Assembly: GCA_043228905.1 (NCBI GenBank)
Contig: JBHGNT010000010.1
Location: 16,430,001 to 16,494,000, forward strand
Direction of reading: 5' to 3'
From: Azolla caroliniana
Taxonomy: Eukaryota; Plantae; Polypodiophyta
DNA: 64,000 nucleotides
Made by a program: the position numbers and the translations under genes. Below the pieces are notes generated by a model. The model saw only the letters and a program-made list of their open reading frames with translations. It was not told the origin of the DNA and ran no database searches. Of this stretch, positions 1-14,241 are shown one piece after another (the stretch's first letter is position 1; every line of letters starts with the position of its first letter).

Positions 1-142
1 TCAGAGAGGTTATTTGTTGCTATTCATTTTCAAAGTGGTTATTTTGTTTCGTTAAATCTCAAAGTGGGTATTTTGTAAAAGATCTCATGGTGGTTATTTT
101 TGTTAAAGCTTCTAAAGTAAATTTGAATTTGGTGTGAAGCAG

Positions 143-455
143 GATAGTACAGATTCCCTAGCATCTCGTTGGACAGATGATAAGCACAGATCTTACCTGA
201 CATTTATGGAGGAGAATTTTGTCAAAGATATGTATGAGAGAGAATACTGTGCGGTGGATGTGTGTGGTCACGAGGCCTGTCATCTAGGTGCAAACACTGT
301 TGCACATTCTCAACAGAACAACGTCCATGAGGTCCCGATTCCACATAATTCTCATCATCAGTTTCATGTATTTTATACATATGGATGTACGTACGCATGA
401 ACGTCCTGCATACAGATGTGTCTGTGACACGTATGTATGTATATGTATGTATATG

Positions 456-487
<32 letters not shown>

Positions 488-2091
488 TGTATATACCTGT
501 GTTTGTATGTGTAAATATGAGTTAGGCATTGTTACATGCATATACATATATATATATATGTGTGTGTGTGCATTAAGTATGAATGTTTGTACAAATATGT
601 GTGTGTGTGTGTGTATATATTTGTATATACATACACACACATGTAATTATTTGTATATATTTTTCTTTGTGCATGTATTAATTTCTATACATATCTATGT
701 GTGTTTATATAAGTATCCATCTGGAATCTGCATCTATATTTGCAAGAAACTGTATTTCTAGACTCTATGTGCACCCTGCAAGTTTGGATATGTATTGTCT
801 ATATTCTATGGATGTGCATATGTAATATACTCATACATGTATATGTAGATACACATAAGTATTTGCATATCCATGTCCTTATTATGGATATGTATGAGTT
901 TGGAAATATACATGTAGATGTAGATGTATTTATATATATATATATATGGACATGGATACGAATATTGAAGAGGTTATGTGTTGCTTTCCAGTATATCTGG
1001 TATTAAAATTTGCATGCACAAATGTTGGTTGGCTGTGTGTCTAGTTCAAGTCATGGAAGAATGGTGATTGGCAACGGAGGAGGTCGATGCCGAGGCACCT
1101 TATACCATGGGCTCTCTTTCAAAACCCTTGGATAAATCATTTTCGTCACCCGGCCGCATCTCACATTGTTTCTGGCGACTCAGCTACGGCTAGCAATATG
1201 ATGAAAATGTCAAATAATACCCTCCTCGAATTACAAGAAAACGAGGAAGTGGAATCACAGCAATTAAAAGGACCTACAAATGCTGCCACTCAAATCATTT
1301 CTCACCATCAGAATGCATCAACCAACATAATTAGTGAGTTCTTCTACTTTTTTCCACCCCCCCCCCTTTCTTTTCTTTTCCAATAACTACTTTTATTTCT
1401 TTTTCTATTTTTGTGTATTCGTATATATTTGTTTCTGTTTTCACTCTTCTTTTCTATTTTTTTCACGTCTGAACCACTCGTCAAAATGCTTGATGCATTA
1501 GGATGATTTTTCACATAAGCTGTGCCATGGTGAGATAGTTTTTGTACTTTTCTTTGTTCGGTTTCTTTTGAACAACTAGTCAAATGCACAACATATGATT
1601 CTGGTCTTATGCTTTTAACACATGTGCATAACTTAGCTTAAGACATTGTAGTATGTATATTCACAATTTTCTTGCTGCAAATTGCTGGTTTTCGCACGTG
1701 AAATTTCTGTCTACCAAGCATATTTCTGGCAATCATTTTGTTAAATCAAAGGAGTTCTTTAACCATTATAGATGAGGATACTGACAAAATTTATGTTCCA
1801 GATAGCAAGATTCAGGATGCATGTGGAAGTATGAAGGTGGACACATTGAACCATCAGGATGCAAGTGGAAGTATGAAGGTGAACATATCTAACCATCAGG
1901 AGGCAAGTGGAAGTATGAAGGTGGACACATCAAACCATCAAGTGGCTTTTCCCGAAACACAATGTCTCACAAGTTTTATAACACCAAGAAAGAGGAATTT
2001 TCAATCTGATTCTAATCAGTGGAGGATTTCTACAAGGCAAAAGTTTTGTGATGATGGTCATATCCCTACTCGTGATGCAAGTGAAGTATAA
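143..2091 (+). CDS. COR27/COR28-like (cold-regulated, clock-associated) protein, 5'-partial; exons approx. 143-331, 1045-1333, 1772-2091
   Basis: WTDDKHRSYLTFMEENFVKDMY resembles the COR27/28 motif WTDEKHxxYLxSMEASFV. Exon 2 reads FKSWKNGDWQ...NPWINHFR, like the family's FKV...W...NPWIxHFR. GT-AG junctions keep the frame. The start codon presumably lies upstream of the window. Confidence 0.7.
432..640. repeat. Compound (TATG)n/(TA)n/(TG)n microsatellite in intron
   Basis: Directly visible simple repeats; they explain spurious ORFs 284..640 and 288..761. Confidence 0.9.
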
Positions 2092-3399
2092 TGTCATGGA
2101 TAAGCAGATATGAAGGCAAAAGTGCTAGGAAAGGCATCGATAATAATTCGTCGATGAATTTTAAACACAAGTTTCCCTTTTTTACTATGTAGTGTAAATG
2201 CAAATACAGTTACTTAACCTTTGGATAGATACACCTTAGACTAGGCTTGACAGATATTGGGATTTCCATCTCTTTTACCATTACTTTAGGATTTATATGG
2301 TCTAATTTTGTTTCTAAGCAAAAGTTCAATGAGGTTACATGTCTTCTTTATCATATCATGTTTGTATTCTTGTGCCTTGATTCTCACATTTTCTTATTGT
2401 ATTCTCGATTCCCATCAAACATCAAGCTGTACATCTACTTCCAATGTTGTCTTCCTGTTACACTACATATTTTGAGCTCTTATGAAACCATGATTGGAAA
2501 CATGTTTTCCCATTACACAGAAGTCTTAGTCATTAATGATGTGTATAGGCCACGTATCTCGATCCATTTTATGTAGTAGTTAGAACTTGTCATAGGTTAC
2601 TCTCTTTATTAATAGAAACCTATTGGGTTCCATTCAGCTATTTTTTGTAGTCACAATTATTTTTTTGTGATTCCTCTACATCTTCATAAGAAAGCGAAAA
2701 CCTTTGTATATCTATATACAGAACAATGCATTTAATGGAAAGTAGTAAACAAGGCAATCTATGCTAAAGCATAATGAGACTTCTAAACATCTCCACACTT
2801 TTGATTTAACAAATTATTGCTTATAGGCTGGTCTTACATTATCGAAAGTGTTGTTGCAAAGTTTGTGCTCAACAGCCTTAAGGTTATAGGTTTGCGTATG
2901 CAAGAAATGTGTTTGGTGTACTTTCTTCATGAAATCTCTTCATGTTTTATGCAAGATTTAAGCAAAGCCACTATGGAGTGAGAGAGGCACTGCATTGATC
3001 CTCAAGTTTCAAATTGACGAGGAAATTGATATTTAGAAGGAATGCAACTCAACAAATATTGTTGCTATAGCATGAGGTTGATCAAAGGGATTGATTTACA
3101 TCTATGACTACAAAGAGGACAATGTTGATGTGGTATAGGCCAACAAGAGAATGTGAATTTGAGCATGCAATAATGTTGAGATTCCATTGCTTTGCCATTG
3201 AAGGGGGAGGAATGGTCTAGCAGATAATATAAGCTAGGTTGAGACTTGATGAGAATACTTCAAAAAGTGGCATCATGTCAACTTGGTTAAAACTGATTTG
3301 CCATCAGAGAAGCGAGATATGCCTCTGTTTGTCTAGTGTTAAGCATCCCTAGAGGCTAACTACTCATCTCCATCTTCAATGATAAAAAATAGCACTTAT

Positions 3400-4130
3400 C
3401 ACTATATGACTAGTCATGTACGTTTTAAGTTTGTAAACTGTCAAAGGCTTGTTAAATCCCATGACCTTCCATTAAAAAAATCATATAAAACTCACATCCC
3501 ATTATTAGCTAATTTGACACTTTCAAATGAGTTGGAGGGTGCCCTTAGAACTCAAATGGATTTTACACAATCTAAAAACTTCCAGATTCGGCATTTCTAA
3601 GATCTTCTAAGTTATCCAATCGATGAACAATATTTGAATAAGTTTCCTTTATTGTTCAATCCATTCAAATATTTACAATTCTTTCAAATGTTTCTTTAAC
3701 AATCCAGATTTAGGAGAACCACTTCCCTCTTTTTTCTAACTCTGAATTGGCAGCCAATAATCCAAGGTTGAATTCACATTGAGGAAAGCGAATGAGACAC
3801 TTGATCATCCAATGAAGTTTACAATGTTATTACAGCAGAGACATTAAACAATATGAATTTGTCACCATTTCTTAAGCTTTAGAGGGGTGGTTGTGGAAAT
3901 ATCATGAACAAATATTCAAGGTTCCTTCCAAGGTTGAAAGGCTATTGTGGGCTTTAAGGATATGTGGATTCCGAGAAAATTTACAACCATTATTACACAC
4001 CCTTCTTCCAACCTTACTTGGGCAATCATAATGGAACAATAAACTATTGAGCTGTCAACAACATTTAATTCCACCACCATTAAGTAACTGCCTTTTCCAA
4101 ATGAGCTTAATTTTGATCAAAGTGATCAAA
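3400..4130 (-). mobile_element. Possible highly decayed LINE (endonuclease-region) remnant
   Basis: Only scattered minus-strand motif hints such as QPWIIG; no continuous ORF. Confidence 0.2.
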
Positions 4131-4556
4131 TACCACACCATCCTCCTGTTTGGCGATCTTTTGTCATCCTCCTGTTTGTGGGCCATTGGCACCATACATA
4201 GATAATTTTACATGGCCCTTTGTTATGTCCATGTTGATGTGAGACCGCTAGAGTTTATATGTCAGTGATGTTTCATGGCCTTTTGTTGTGTTCGTGGACT
4301 AAATTCACCTTTGGCGGATTATATTGCCAAGCATGCAGTTAAATAACAGCAGATTGTTGAGAGAAACTGGCTCAAAATGCCAATGTTACTGATTATTTTT
4401 ACAAACCATCATGGGATCATTAAAAAAGACTCTTAATTCTCTAGTCCAAAATGTAAAACACAAATCATCTTTCAAATAAATGAATAACTAGCCATTGTTT
4501 AGTTATTCAAAACTAACACCCTGAAGATGATGCCTTCTCGTTAACTCTTACATGCA

Positions 4557-6352
4557 CTACAACACACTTCTTTGAGTCAGAGAAGATAAACCACTCTTAC
4601 CTTCCAATACAGAAAGTGAATGCCTTCTTTTCATGGAAAACGGATCAAGCTTAACAAGGTTCGGAGAATCTTGTTTATGTTTTGGTGAATCTTCTTGTTT
4701 ATGCTTTGGAGAATCCAGTCTCATCTTGGGTGAATCTAGTCTTGGTTTTGGAGAATTGTGTTTCATCTTGGGAGAGTCCTGTCTCAGTTTTGGCGAAGCT
4801 TGCCTCAGTTTTGGTGAATCTTGTCTTGGTTTCAGAAAATCTTGTATATGATTGAGTGAGTCAGCTCGTAGTCCTAAAGGATCAGTTTTCATCGGCTTTG
4901 GGCTTCCAGTGACTTTCTTCGCCTTTGATGACTTCGTTGTGGCCATGTAGTTCGGTACTACTAGTCGCAGAGATGGAGATACAGGTTCTTCTTCTTTTGA
5001 ATTCATAGCAGTACCCATATGCTTATTTGTAACCTCATCAATGAGCCTTGAATTCATCACATCACATTCTCCTTGTTCTTGCTTTGACCTCATAAGACTA
5101 TCATTTTGCTCATGCATAGCATTCTTAATACACCTTAAATCCGTCACATCAAGATATGTTCCACAATTTGCTGAGCCATAGAAAAACTTTGGTTCTACGT
5201 GTTCATTGTCATCAGAAACAGAAGGCCGAGGTTGCTCGAGCATTATAGCTACCAAATCATTTCTCAATACTTGCATAGTATCCTCATTTACACCTGGGTC
5301 ACCCACTTGAATTGGAGTTGCTATATTTGTGCTAACTATAGAAAAGTTCTCCAAAGTGGCATTAGGAATAGATGATAGTGGTGGTGGTGGTGTTAATAAT
5401 GATGTTGAGGATGGCTGCATCGTAATGGATTCCGATGAGCTCGAAAAAGCTGAGGCGCTACCTATCTCTTCTTGTTCTTTCATCGGAAAGGAAAGTTCTG
5501 AGCACTCTTCTTGGTCTTTTGTTGAAAAGCAAAGTTCAGAACATTCTTCTTGTTCCTTTATTGAAATGGAAAGTTCGGAACGTTCATCTTCATCTTTCAT
5601 CGAAAAGGACATATCTGAACTACAAGATCCAGGGTCTTCAAGCACATCTTTGGTTATACTACCTGATACATCATCACCATCCTCATTGCAGATAATTACC
5701 TTCTTAAGAGTTTCCTCTTGCTTTAACAATAGACTGTCTGCATATGGTCGATTGTACACACTTCCAATGCTTATACTTCCCCATACATTATCTCCTTGGT
5801 CGGCAATGACCTCCTGCTTTACAGCTACAGTGGTTTTAAATGTATGATGGCCCATTTCTTTGCCATTATCGTATGATACATCATCCTGTTGTTCTTCTAC
5901 CTCATCATTAGTAATGGTGTTATAAATATCCCCTTGCTAGCAAAAATACGCATGAATGATGTCCCAAAAATTTAGTAGGTATTTTTCCAAGCCAATTTGT
6001 GATGGATGTAAAAAAATAAAATAAAAATACCTCAAGTTCTATCCTTGGTTGCTTTGTTTGATTCAAGTGTCTTTGGACCATTAGACCAATACTAGATTTG
6101 CGAACCAAGTATCCTCGAACAATTGATTGAACCTTTATTAATGCATTAATACACCGCAACCTAACCATGGCTCTCCGCACAATTCGTCCTCGAACCAATG
6201 CTTGGAGTCTCACCAAAGCTTTTAAAGCCCGCACGGATCGTTTTCTTGCCTACATAAATGACATAATAAGTTGATCAGATTCACGATAGAATCATGCACA
6301 TTATGTTGGGCAAGAATCTCGGATCATTTATGCATCTTCATATATGCATGTG

Positions 6353-6400
<48 letters not shown>

Positions 6401-7616
6401 CCTTGTAAATATGTGTGTAGGTATATATGTATGGAACCATGACTGACTAAGAATTTTAGGTTCTAGTCAATCAGCAATGTCAGAATATCATAGAGGGAAA
6501 AAAAATGACAATGAATATTGGGTCCTAATATCTTTAAATCCTCAACGTGAGATTTATAGTGAAAAATTTAATTTGAGGAAACAAATGTCAGAATTAGAAA
6601 AATGTACAATCTAATACTTTTTGCAGAAAAACGTGACAATTAATTGTGGGGGATGGGGGGGGGGGGGGGGGGGGGAAGTCAATTTTATTTGCGAAAAAGA
6701 TTACTAAGTCTATTATTATATCATAATGTTGGACTGTGATGAGAATCCACAATGTGGGAAGAGATTCATCCAATGTGGGCACATATCCATAATACAATCT
6801 AAGAGCTACATAAAACATGCATTTATATTACACAACGGGGATAAAATGGAACTCATTAAGATAATCCATACCAGATGGTGGCGAAACGCAGCTTGGATCT
6901 TCGATGTCGCTTGAGTGACAAGTAATAACGACTCTGTTTGTCGTGTTATTCCTTTTTGTTCTTCTAGTTCTTTTAAATAAACTTCTCCGGATTCTTTCTG
7001 CTCTTCTAATTCTACTTTTTCTACTTCTTTTTGTTCTCCCAATTCTTCTTTATCCAGTTCTTTTTGTTCTTCGAATTCTTCTTTATCCAGTTCTTTTTGT
7101 TCTTCGAATTCTTCTTTATCGAGCTCTTTTTGTTCTTCGAATTCTTCTTCTTCTACTACTACTTTTGATTTGTCTACTTCTACTCTTTTTTTCTCTTTTT
7201 CTACTGCTACTTTTTGCACTACTTTTATTTCTTCCACTACCTCTAAATTGTCCAACACTTGTTCTAAATTTGTTTCTTGTTCTGGTTCCTTTTCTATCTG
7301 TACATATTTGATCTCCTCCATATCCATATCCTCAGAACTTCTCGAAGAAGATTTACCTAAACTCCACATGCATCTACCTTGATGCACTTTTCTCTGAAGC
7401 AAACAAAACCAGAGGAAAATCCAGATCAGAAAGATAAAGGAATTACATACTTATTCACATGAATATGCACACATAGGTGCATATATAAACATGTATATAA
7501 CAGTAAATAGGGCTTACAGGGATCTGAACTTTGTCAGATGCTTCTTTCTTCTCTTTGTTGAATGATTTAACACTAGAAATTAGGGATTTAAAGACGCTTT
7601 TACTGGACCTTCCCAT
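4557..7616 (-). CDS. IQ67-domain (IQD) calmodulin-binding protein; exons approx. 7616-7518, 7393-6872, 6249-6031, 5936-4557
   Basis: MGRSSKSVFKSLI start. IQ motif ATSKIQAAFRHHL|ARKRSVRALKALVRLQALVRG is split by the phase-0 intron typical of IQ67. The C-terminal region has DUF4005-like PNYMATTKSSKAK and KRRHSL. All inferred junctions are GT-AG phase 0. The exact 3' end is uncertain. Confidence 0.88.
6356..6397. repeat. (GT)n microsatellite
   Basis: About 20 GT units in an IQD intron. Confidence 0.95.
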
Positions 7617-7892
7617 CTTCTCTTATGCAGTTAAGTGTAATACAACTTGACTAGCAAAGTTCTTCAAAAATTTGAAAAAAAAAAAAGGAACAAAAAACTT
7701 GAAATTTTTTTATTTATTTTTTTGTCAACAAAAAACTGCAAGAAACAGCGGTAAGAAAAAGGCGCATAAAGCTTATGAGGCTGTAGAAGAACGAGTGGGG
7801 CAACTTAGGATTTGTGTTCTTTTTAGCAGAAATAAGAGGACCCAATATTTCAAAAGGACCCGGAGAGCAATGGCTATGGGAAGCTCTTGAGA

Positions 7893-7934
<42 letters not shown>

Positions 7935-8427
7935 TATGGGAAACACTTGAGAGAAAGAGAGCTATATGGCTATGGCTATGGAAATGTTCTAAGAGAAGAA
8001 GGAAACAGAGAGAGAGAGAGAGAGAGAATGAATGTGTGTGTGACAGAGAGAGAGAGTGACAGAGAGAATCCAATGTTGTTACTATGATTATTATTAGTAT
8101 GTAAATCTTTTGACATGTTTTTTCATTGACACAAATTGAGAGCACACAAAAACAAAACAAAAAAACTCTGCTACATTATTTTTGCTTGTATTTGGTACTT
8201 ATTTATCCTCTCTGTGTCTCTCTGTCTCTGTTTTTTTTTATTGAATCAAAGACTCTGTTTTTTTGTTCTGTCCCATTTCCTCCTCTTATCAAATTACAAT
8301 CAATCAATCACACACACACACACACCTTGCAAATATGTACATACAAATCAATCAAAATACACACATAATTTTGTCTTTGGTTAGAACTTAGACCCTTTCC
8401 TTTCCTTTCCTTCGATAGGACTCCTCC

Positions 8428-8505
8428 GATTCTCGCTTGACCTAACAAACCCCTTCATGAATCTCTCGATTCTCGCTTGACCTAAACCCCCTTCATGAAT
8501 CTCTT
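8428..8505. repeat. Two-copy ~40-bp tandem repeat (cgattctcgcttgaccta...ccccttcatgaatctct)
   Basis: Directly visible near-identical copies upstream of the IQD gene. Confidence 0.85.
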
Positions 8506-11500
8506 GGGCCCTCTCACCTCCCTTTCTCCTGTGGATTGCCTCGGCTTCATTCATCGGCTTCTGCCCATGATCGTATCAACTTCTCATATCATTTCATTTT
8601 TTTAGAATACCCCGAGCTCTCCATGGCTTTTTTTACGATAGCGTGCTAAACAAACACCACCATATATAGCTTGCTTGATCCTCTCGCCATGCTCCCTAGA
8701 TGAGGCCCTTGTCACATACATCTCTTATTTGGTCTTCCATTTTGGACTTTTAATTCTCTTTCTTTCCTCGTGAACTTACACTTAACACCTCTTCTATATA
8801 CTTTTCAACCTGTGTGGGATTTGCAACCTTCGATTCATGATGAATTCTCTCTCCCTGTCTCGAAGAAGAAGATGAAGAGATTTGAAGAACTCGAGGATAC
8901 GAGACACCCCATAATACCACCTTCGAGAGCAATGAGACACCCCTCCATAAAAAAATAAGGGCATCATTAGGACACATTAGAGGCTTGAGTTGAGATTCTG
9001 CGAGTGGAATAGTACAATTCAGAGGACATGACTCATGGGGCTTTGCGATCGGTCAATTTGACCAATTTCACCTTTTTTTATCTCTCTAGTTAGTGTTAGT
9101 TAATTTTCATTTCTCAATAAGTAATCAAGTTTCAAGATTCCTAGACTCTTAGGCCACATTGGCCTCTTCAAGATGTTGATTCGTTTCTTATTTTTCTTCT
9201 TCCCTTGACACTCTAACTTTTAACTTTGGAGCAACTATGTGCTTAACTGATGGCTTCCCTCGACCATTCATTGTTCACATAATAATGTTCTCGATCAATC
9301 TAACCATTTCTTTATCCACTCTTGAGTGTTCATGATTTGACTCGCAAGTTATATAAAGAAGGTTATTGATGGGATGAGCTTAGTAAATTGGCCCTAATCA
9401 ATTCAAGCATATTTGGGCTTGAGTCTAAAAGATTTGGTTGATTGTCGTGTGGCTAAAAATTTCAACAACATTTGAACAAGGTTTGTGCAGAAAGGATGTT
9501 AAAAAATATCACAACATCAGCATTGATGTGATTGTAAAGGTTTCTCGATCCCTCTTGGTTTGAATTTCTTGAATGATAATGATCCTTCGGGCATGTGATT
9601 ATTTGTTAGTAGTTACAATATAAGTTTTTTTACAATCATTTCAACACACAAAAAAAGCATGACATTACATACAAAATACTAATGATTTAAGGATCTACAT
9701 ATAGAACGCATAAGAGCATAGAACGTAATATTCACATTCTTCTGCTCAAACATTCGTTTTCATAAATTTGCAAATGAATGTGTACCATATTAAAACATAC
9801 TTATGTTTCTTTTTGACGTTTTTAATTTTTTTCCTCACTTTTTACCTTAAAAAAAGTTTTACCTTATAGTAAATAATAAATAAGGATATTTAGCATACTT
9901 TGAGGGTGTTTACCGTACTCGAATGCGAATGCAAGTATGAGACGTATGGTTCATGCTATCATGATAAAAGCAAATGTGAGATCTTGATTAAGGTGCTAAG
10001 GATAAAACAACCAAGGACAATACATAAGATTAAACAACCAAAAGATTTAACTACGGTGTCTAGTTTCAATGTAATATAGATGAGTTCAACCATATATCCG
10101 CGGGATCATCATAAAACAATATCCAAAAATGTTAAAGCTTGACAATTAATATAGTGCTCTAATTCATATTGAATTTATGTTGGTGTTATTATCGTGCGAA
10201 AAGCATGCAGTGATTAATAATGTTAATGTAATGAAAGCGATATCATCAAGCCAAAAGCGGCATATAATTATCATTGCTTGTTAGAGCCCATTGAGTATGT
10301 ATATTTAATGTAGTTATTTGTTATCGTACTCAATATAATTTATGACGCCTTGCTAGAGCACAATATGAACACGTTGCTTCTATAAATGAAGTATTGCTTT
10401 ACGTAAAGTCAAAACGTTGTGTAGTAAAGTTTGTGCACTAGAACTTAATATTTGTGGGTTCAAGTCTCGAGTGGTGGGTTTAATGTTCTCCATAATTTCT
10501 GGATTTGAAGTAACACACAATAGCAAGTTACTCGATACATATGGCATTATAACATTACAACATTGACGAAATGTTCGCATTGCTCTTGAAATAACAATGC
10601 CACCAATTTAATGTGATGATTATATTATCCTGAACCACTCTAGATTCTCACTTATTCACTGACAAGGATCTAAAAATGTGAAGCGTGCCACAAATATTCA
10701 CGTTCACATTAGGGCCAATCTTATTGTAGAGATATGAAATTTTCATATTTATGAAACAATTGATTGATGAGTCAATTAGCTCGATATTGTGGCCATGGTT
10801 CAATACCTACATGGCCATCTCAATTTTCTACGAGGGGACAACAATGCTTCTTTCCACCCAATAATAAATTTTATTTTCCTTCTCCGATAAATTGTTGCCA
10901 TGTGTTCCTCCTTTCTATCTGTATATGAGTATGTAATGTGATCTCCTTTCATTACCACCGAATTTTGAAGACCATGCCCATATCTCTCCATAAGGTTGAG
11001 TTAAAATAATAGTGAATTAATGACCAACATTAAACATGGCACAAAATGAATACCATTCGCTATGGAAAACTTATTGTCTTGTGATATAGTAAGTAGATTT
11101 GTCTAGTTAATTACTCGAAGCAATTCATGGGTTCCCCAATGAAGTCCTTGAGAGTTGTGCAAATACAATACATTAGGTAAAAAATGAGTGGAAAACTCAA
11201 AAGCATTATTCCCCTTACCATTTGTATAAATAGAGATTGTCAAGGGATGTCATAGCAGATTGATGTATTGGTTTATACTAAACAATTGGAAGAGATCGCT
11301 CTCCAAAGAGTAGACAATCCCATTGTTCAATGATCCACATACACAAACAACATGAGAAGGTTTGCACAAGTGCCTAACATTAAATTATCGAATGGAACGG
11401 AACAAAAATCAATGTGACACGCAAATCCTGTTTGGTTGCTTATTCATGCCCATATATGGACTACGTTAACATCAACCATGTTCCAAGGAGGAAGATATGA

Positions 11501-11938
11501 CCAAAAGGGATATGTAAGGCCTTCACCTAGTAATGAGAGAGATGGATGTACCTTATGTCTAATGTTCTTAGACATGAGCAATGTAAGAAGACAATATACA
11601 GTGGTTAACTTCATTTACCACCTTTACAATGTGAAACACAACTTTAAGAGGAAAAAAACAAATTATTGATCCTCATCACGACTTGAAAATATATGGTTCT
11701 CTACGAGCCCACATATTTCAAAGTACTAGAACTATAATGATATGCATAAACTTTTTGTATTTGACCAATGAGATACTAAAACGTGTATAAGGACAATCAA
11801 CAAGGATGTCAACAAGATAGTACATGATAAAGCACAATGTGAATGTGCCTTTATTCATCATATAAGCAACATGAGATGTTCCCAACAACTATTGTTTGTA
11901 GATTCACCATGTTATCTTATTGGATCATAGTGACAAAA

Positions 11939-12215
11939 CTTCTATTTTGGCGACATTAGGTTATAGTCTCAAGCGATGGGTTCAAGGTCGACCTATGCAC
12001 CATTTTTGCTCAACACATCAAGTGCAATAGTTGATTGATTATATTAGCATAATGTTGTAAACTTAAAAGTGTGTGCTTCTATTTTGGCGACATTAGGTTA
12101 TAGTCTCAAGCGATGGGTTCAAGGTCGACCTATGCACCATTTTTGCTCAACACATCAAGTGCAATAGTTGATTGATTATATTAGCATAATGTTGTAAACT
12201 TAAAAGTGTGTGCTT
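11939..12215. repeat. Exact 137-bp tandem duplication
   Basis: cttctattttggcgacattagg...aaaagtgtgtg starts at 11939 and again at 12076. Confidence 0.92.
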
Positions 12216-14121
12216 TACAACACTAGGCTCGAGGATCTCAATTTCAAGTAATGAATGTTCAAAGCTTGTGGTTTTCAACACTTTTGCATGATGCAGAGAG
12301 TTTAAAAAAACAAGGTTAGCCTTTAAAGGCACACTATTAAGATTGTATCATGACAACGACACCAATAGTTACCAATCCTAATATGACGGGCACCAATTTA
12401 TCAATACTTCCCACATTAACACCTTCTCCATGGACTTTATGCCTAAGTGTCAAACTCGTTATAAATGAATCGCAGAATTATAGCCTGGGCACAATGTAGA
12501 CCATCAAGTGATGCTAATGAATTATTTGTTATGAAGGTTTAGCTTTAGACATGAAACCATTATAGTATGAAGACACAATGTTTCTCTATCCTCAATATGC
12601 TTGATATTATTTGATACCACAAATGAACACTATCGTCATGAACATTGTTCATCCGTGACAACTATGACCAGTAGGATTTTGTAATTACAATAATAAATGT
12701 TATGGCAAACCCAATAAGATCATGTAACAATAATATTAGTGATAGTTACCATAGCCAACAAGGATGGAACCAAACAAGTGACACTATAAGATGCAGACAC
12801 AAAAGTTGCATATCCATTCGTAACATTGGGCAAATACAATATTGGTAATTCATGTTACAACAATAATGAGTATAGTTATTGGACCAAAAATGGAGTCATG
12901 CAAGCGGTATAGTAAGATCAAATCCTCCTCCATGCATTTTCAACAATATATATTTGAGGTTATCTACAACAAATTCCTTGATCAATTATGACAATAGTAA
13001 TCGTAACGCTTTCGCCAATGAGATCATACCAACACATTGACAATGCAATAGTCATCGTAACAAAGATGAAGGAGCCACCTAGGCAACTCTTCCCATGAGT
13101 GAAACCACATGGCAAAGTCAATTGAATATAAAAGAAAATTGCGAGAGCCACCTATAATACTCATCCTAAGAAAAAACCATCCCTCCTTATCCAAATACAT
13201 AAGTAATATTGGTTAAAAAAACCTCATAAGATGAAACCATAACAATAACAATTACCACCTAAGCAACTTTTTCATTTGCGAATTATCCACTTGTCGAAAT
13301 ATAACTTTAGGAGCAAGCCACAAAAACTTTACACCATTGTCACTACCAAAGCAAACGAGATGGAAGTAGTAACCTGAGTAACAAACACTTCACCCAAGAT
13401 AATCTATTCATCCTCTAGATGTTGTAGCATTTTCAAAATCCTCTTTGGGCTTCAGATATTGATTTTGAATATTCTCTTCCATCAAGAGAACTCAAAAAAT
13501 ATATATCAAGAAAGTACATGTAAGCCAATCAATAGAATTAAATCGGATGCATTGGACATGTCATGCAGGTAGAGTAGTTAACTATCATACGCACGAGACA
13601 TTACTTTAACATGAATGTATTGGAGGTTACACTAGACATCAGGAGAGTGGAAGTTGATCAAGTAATGTTGCCACATATTACCACATAATCGTAATGGCTG
13701 TCTATGAGATAAACTGACCCATCAATGATTGAAACGCCATAAGATAATCAGGGGAGTGGATGTATGTCTACCTAAACAGGGGTGTGCCAAAAAGAGTAGT
13801 GGTAGTAGACATTCGATGGGAGACATCGAGATGTAAGAATAATTGTGTATCGTTCCAACAAAGATCTACGAGATACGCATACCATCATCAGGCTCATACT
13901 ACGTGATCACAACAGAGGGTGGGGGGTGCGACCAGATACATACATTACATTACCAAAGAGAGCGTGGATCTGACCAAATACATCGGCATGCGTATAATAA
14001 CTGCATTATCGAAGGAGATGAGATGTCTGGACTACTCGACAAGACTCGGACCCAACCATGAGAGAGAGAGAGAGAGAGTAGACATTCATTATTACATACA
14101 CACCATTGTTCTTGTGTGTCT

Positions 14122-14169
<48 letters not shown>

Positions 14170-14204
14170 ATGTATTGAGGACCTTAGGTTTGAGATATGC
14201 TCAC

Positions 14205-14241
<37 letters not shown>

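Noticed and set aside
284-1006. ORFs rich in Y/I/H/T/C/V/M
   Set aside because: Translations of intronic (TATG)n/(TG)n microsatellites.
4500-4600. Possible extra IQD intron (donor at 4600) or frameshift extending the C-terminus
   Set aside because: The nearest acceptor gives only a ~43-nt intron and no convincing downstream exon was found; kept the stop at 4557.
4633-5847. Plus-strand ORFs 4633..4851 and 5329..5847
   Set aside because: Antisense shadows of the repetitive IQD exon.
7714-8384. ORFs with RERERE/SLSLSL runs (similar ones at 14106, 22141, 31135-31605, 44139)
   Set aside because: (GA)n microsatellite translations in UTR, promoter or LTR sequence.
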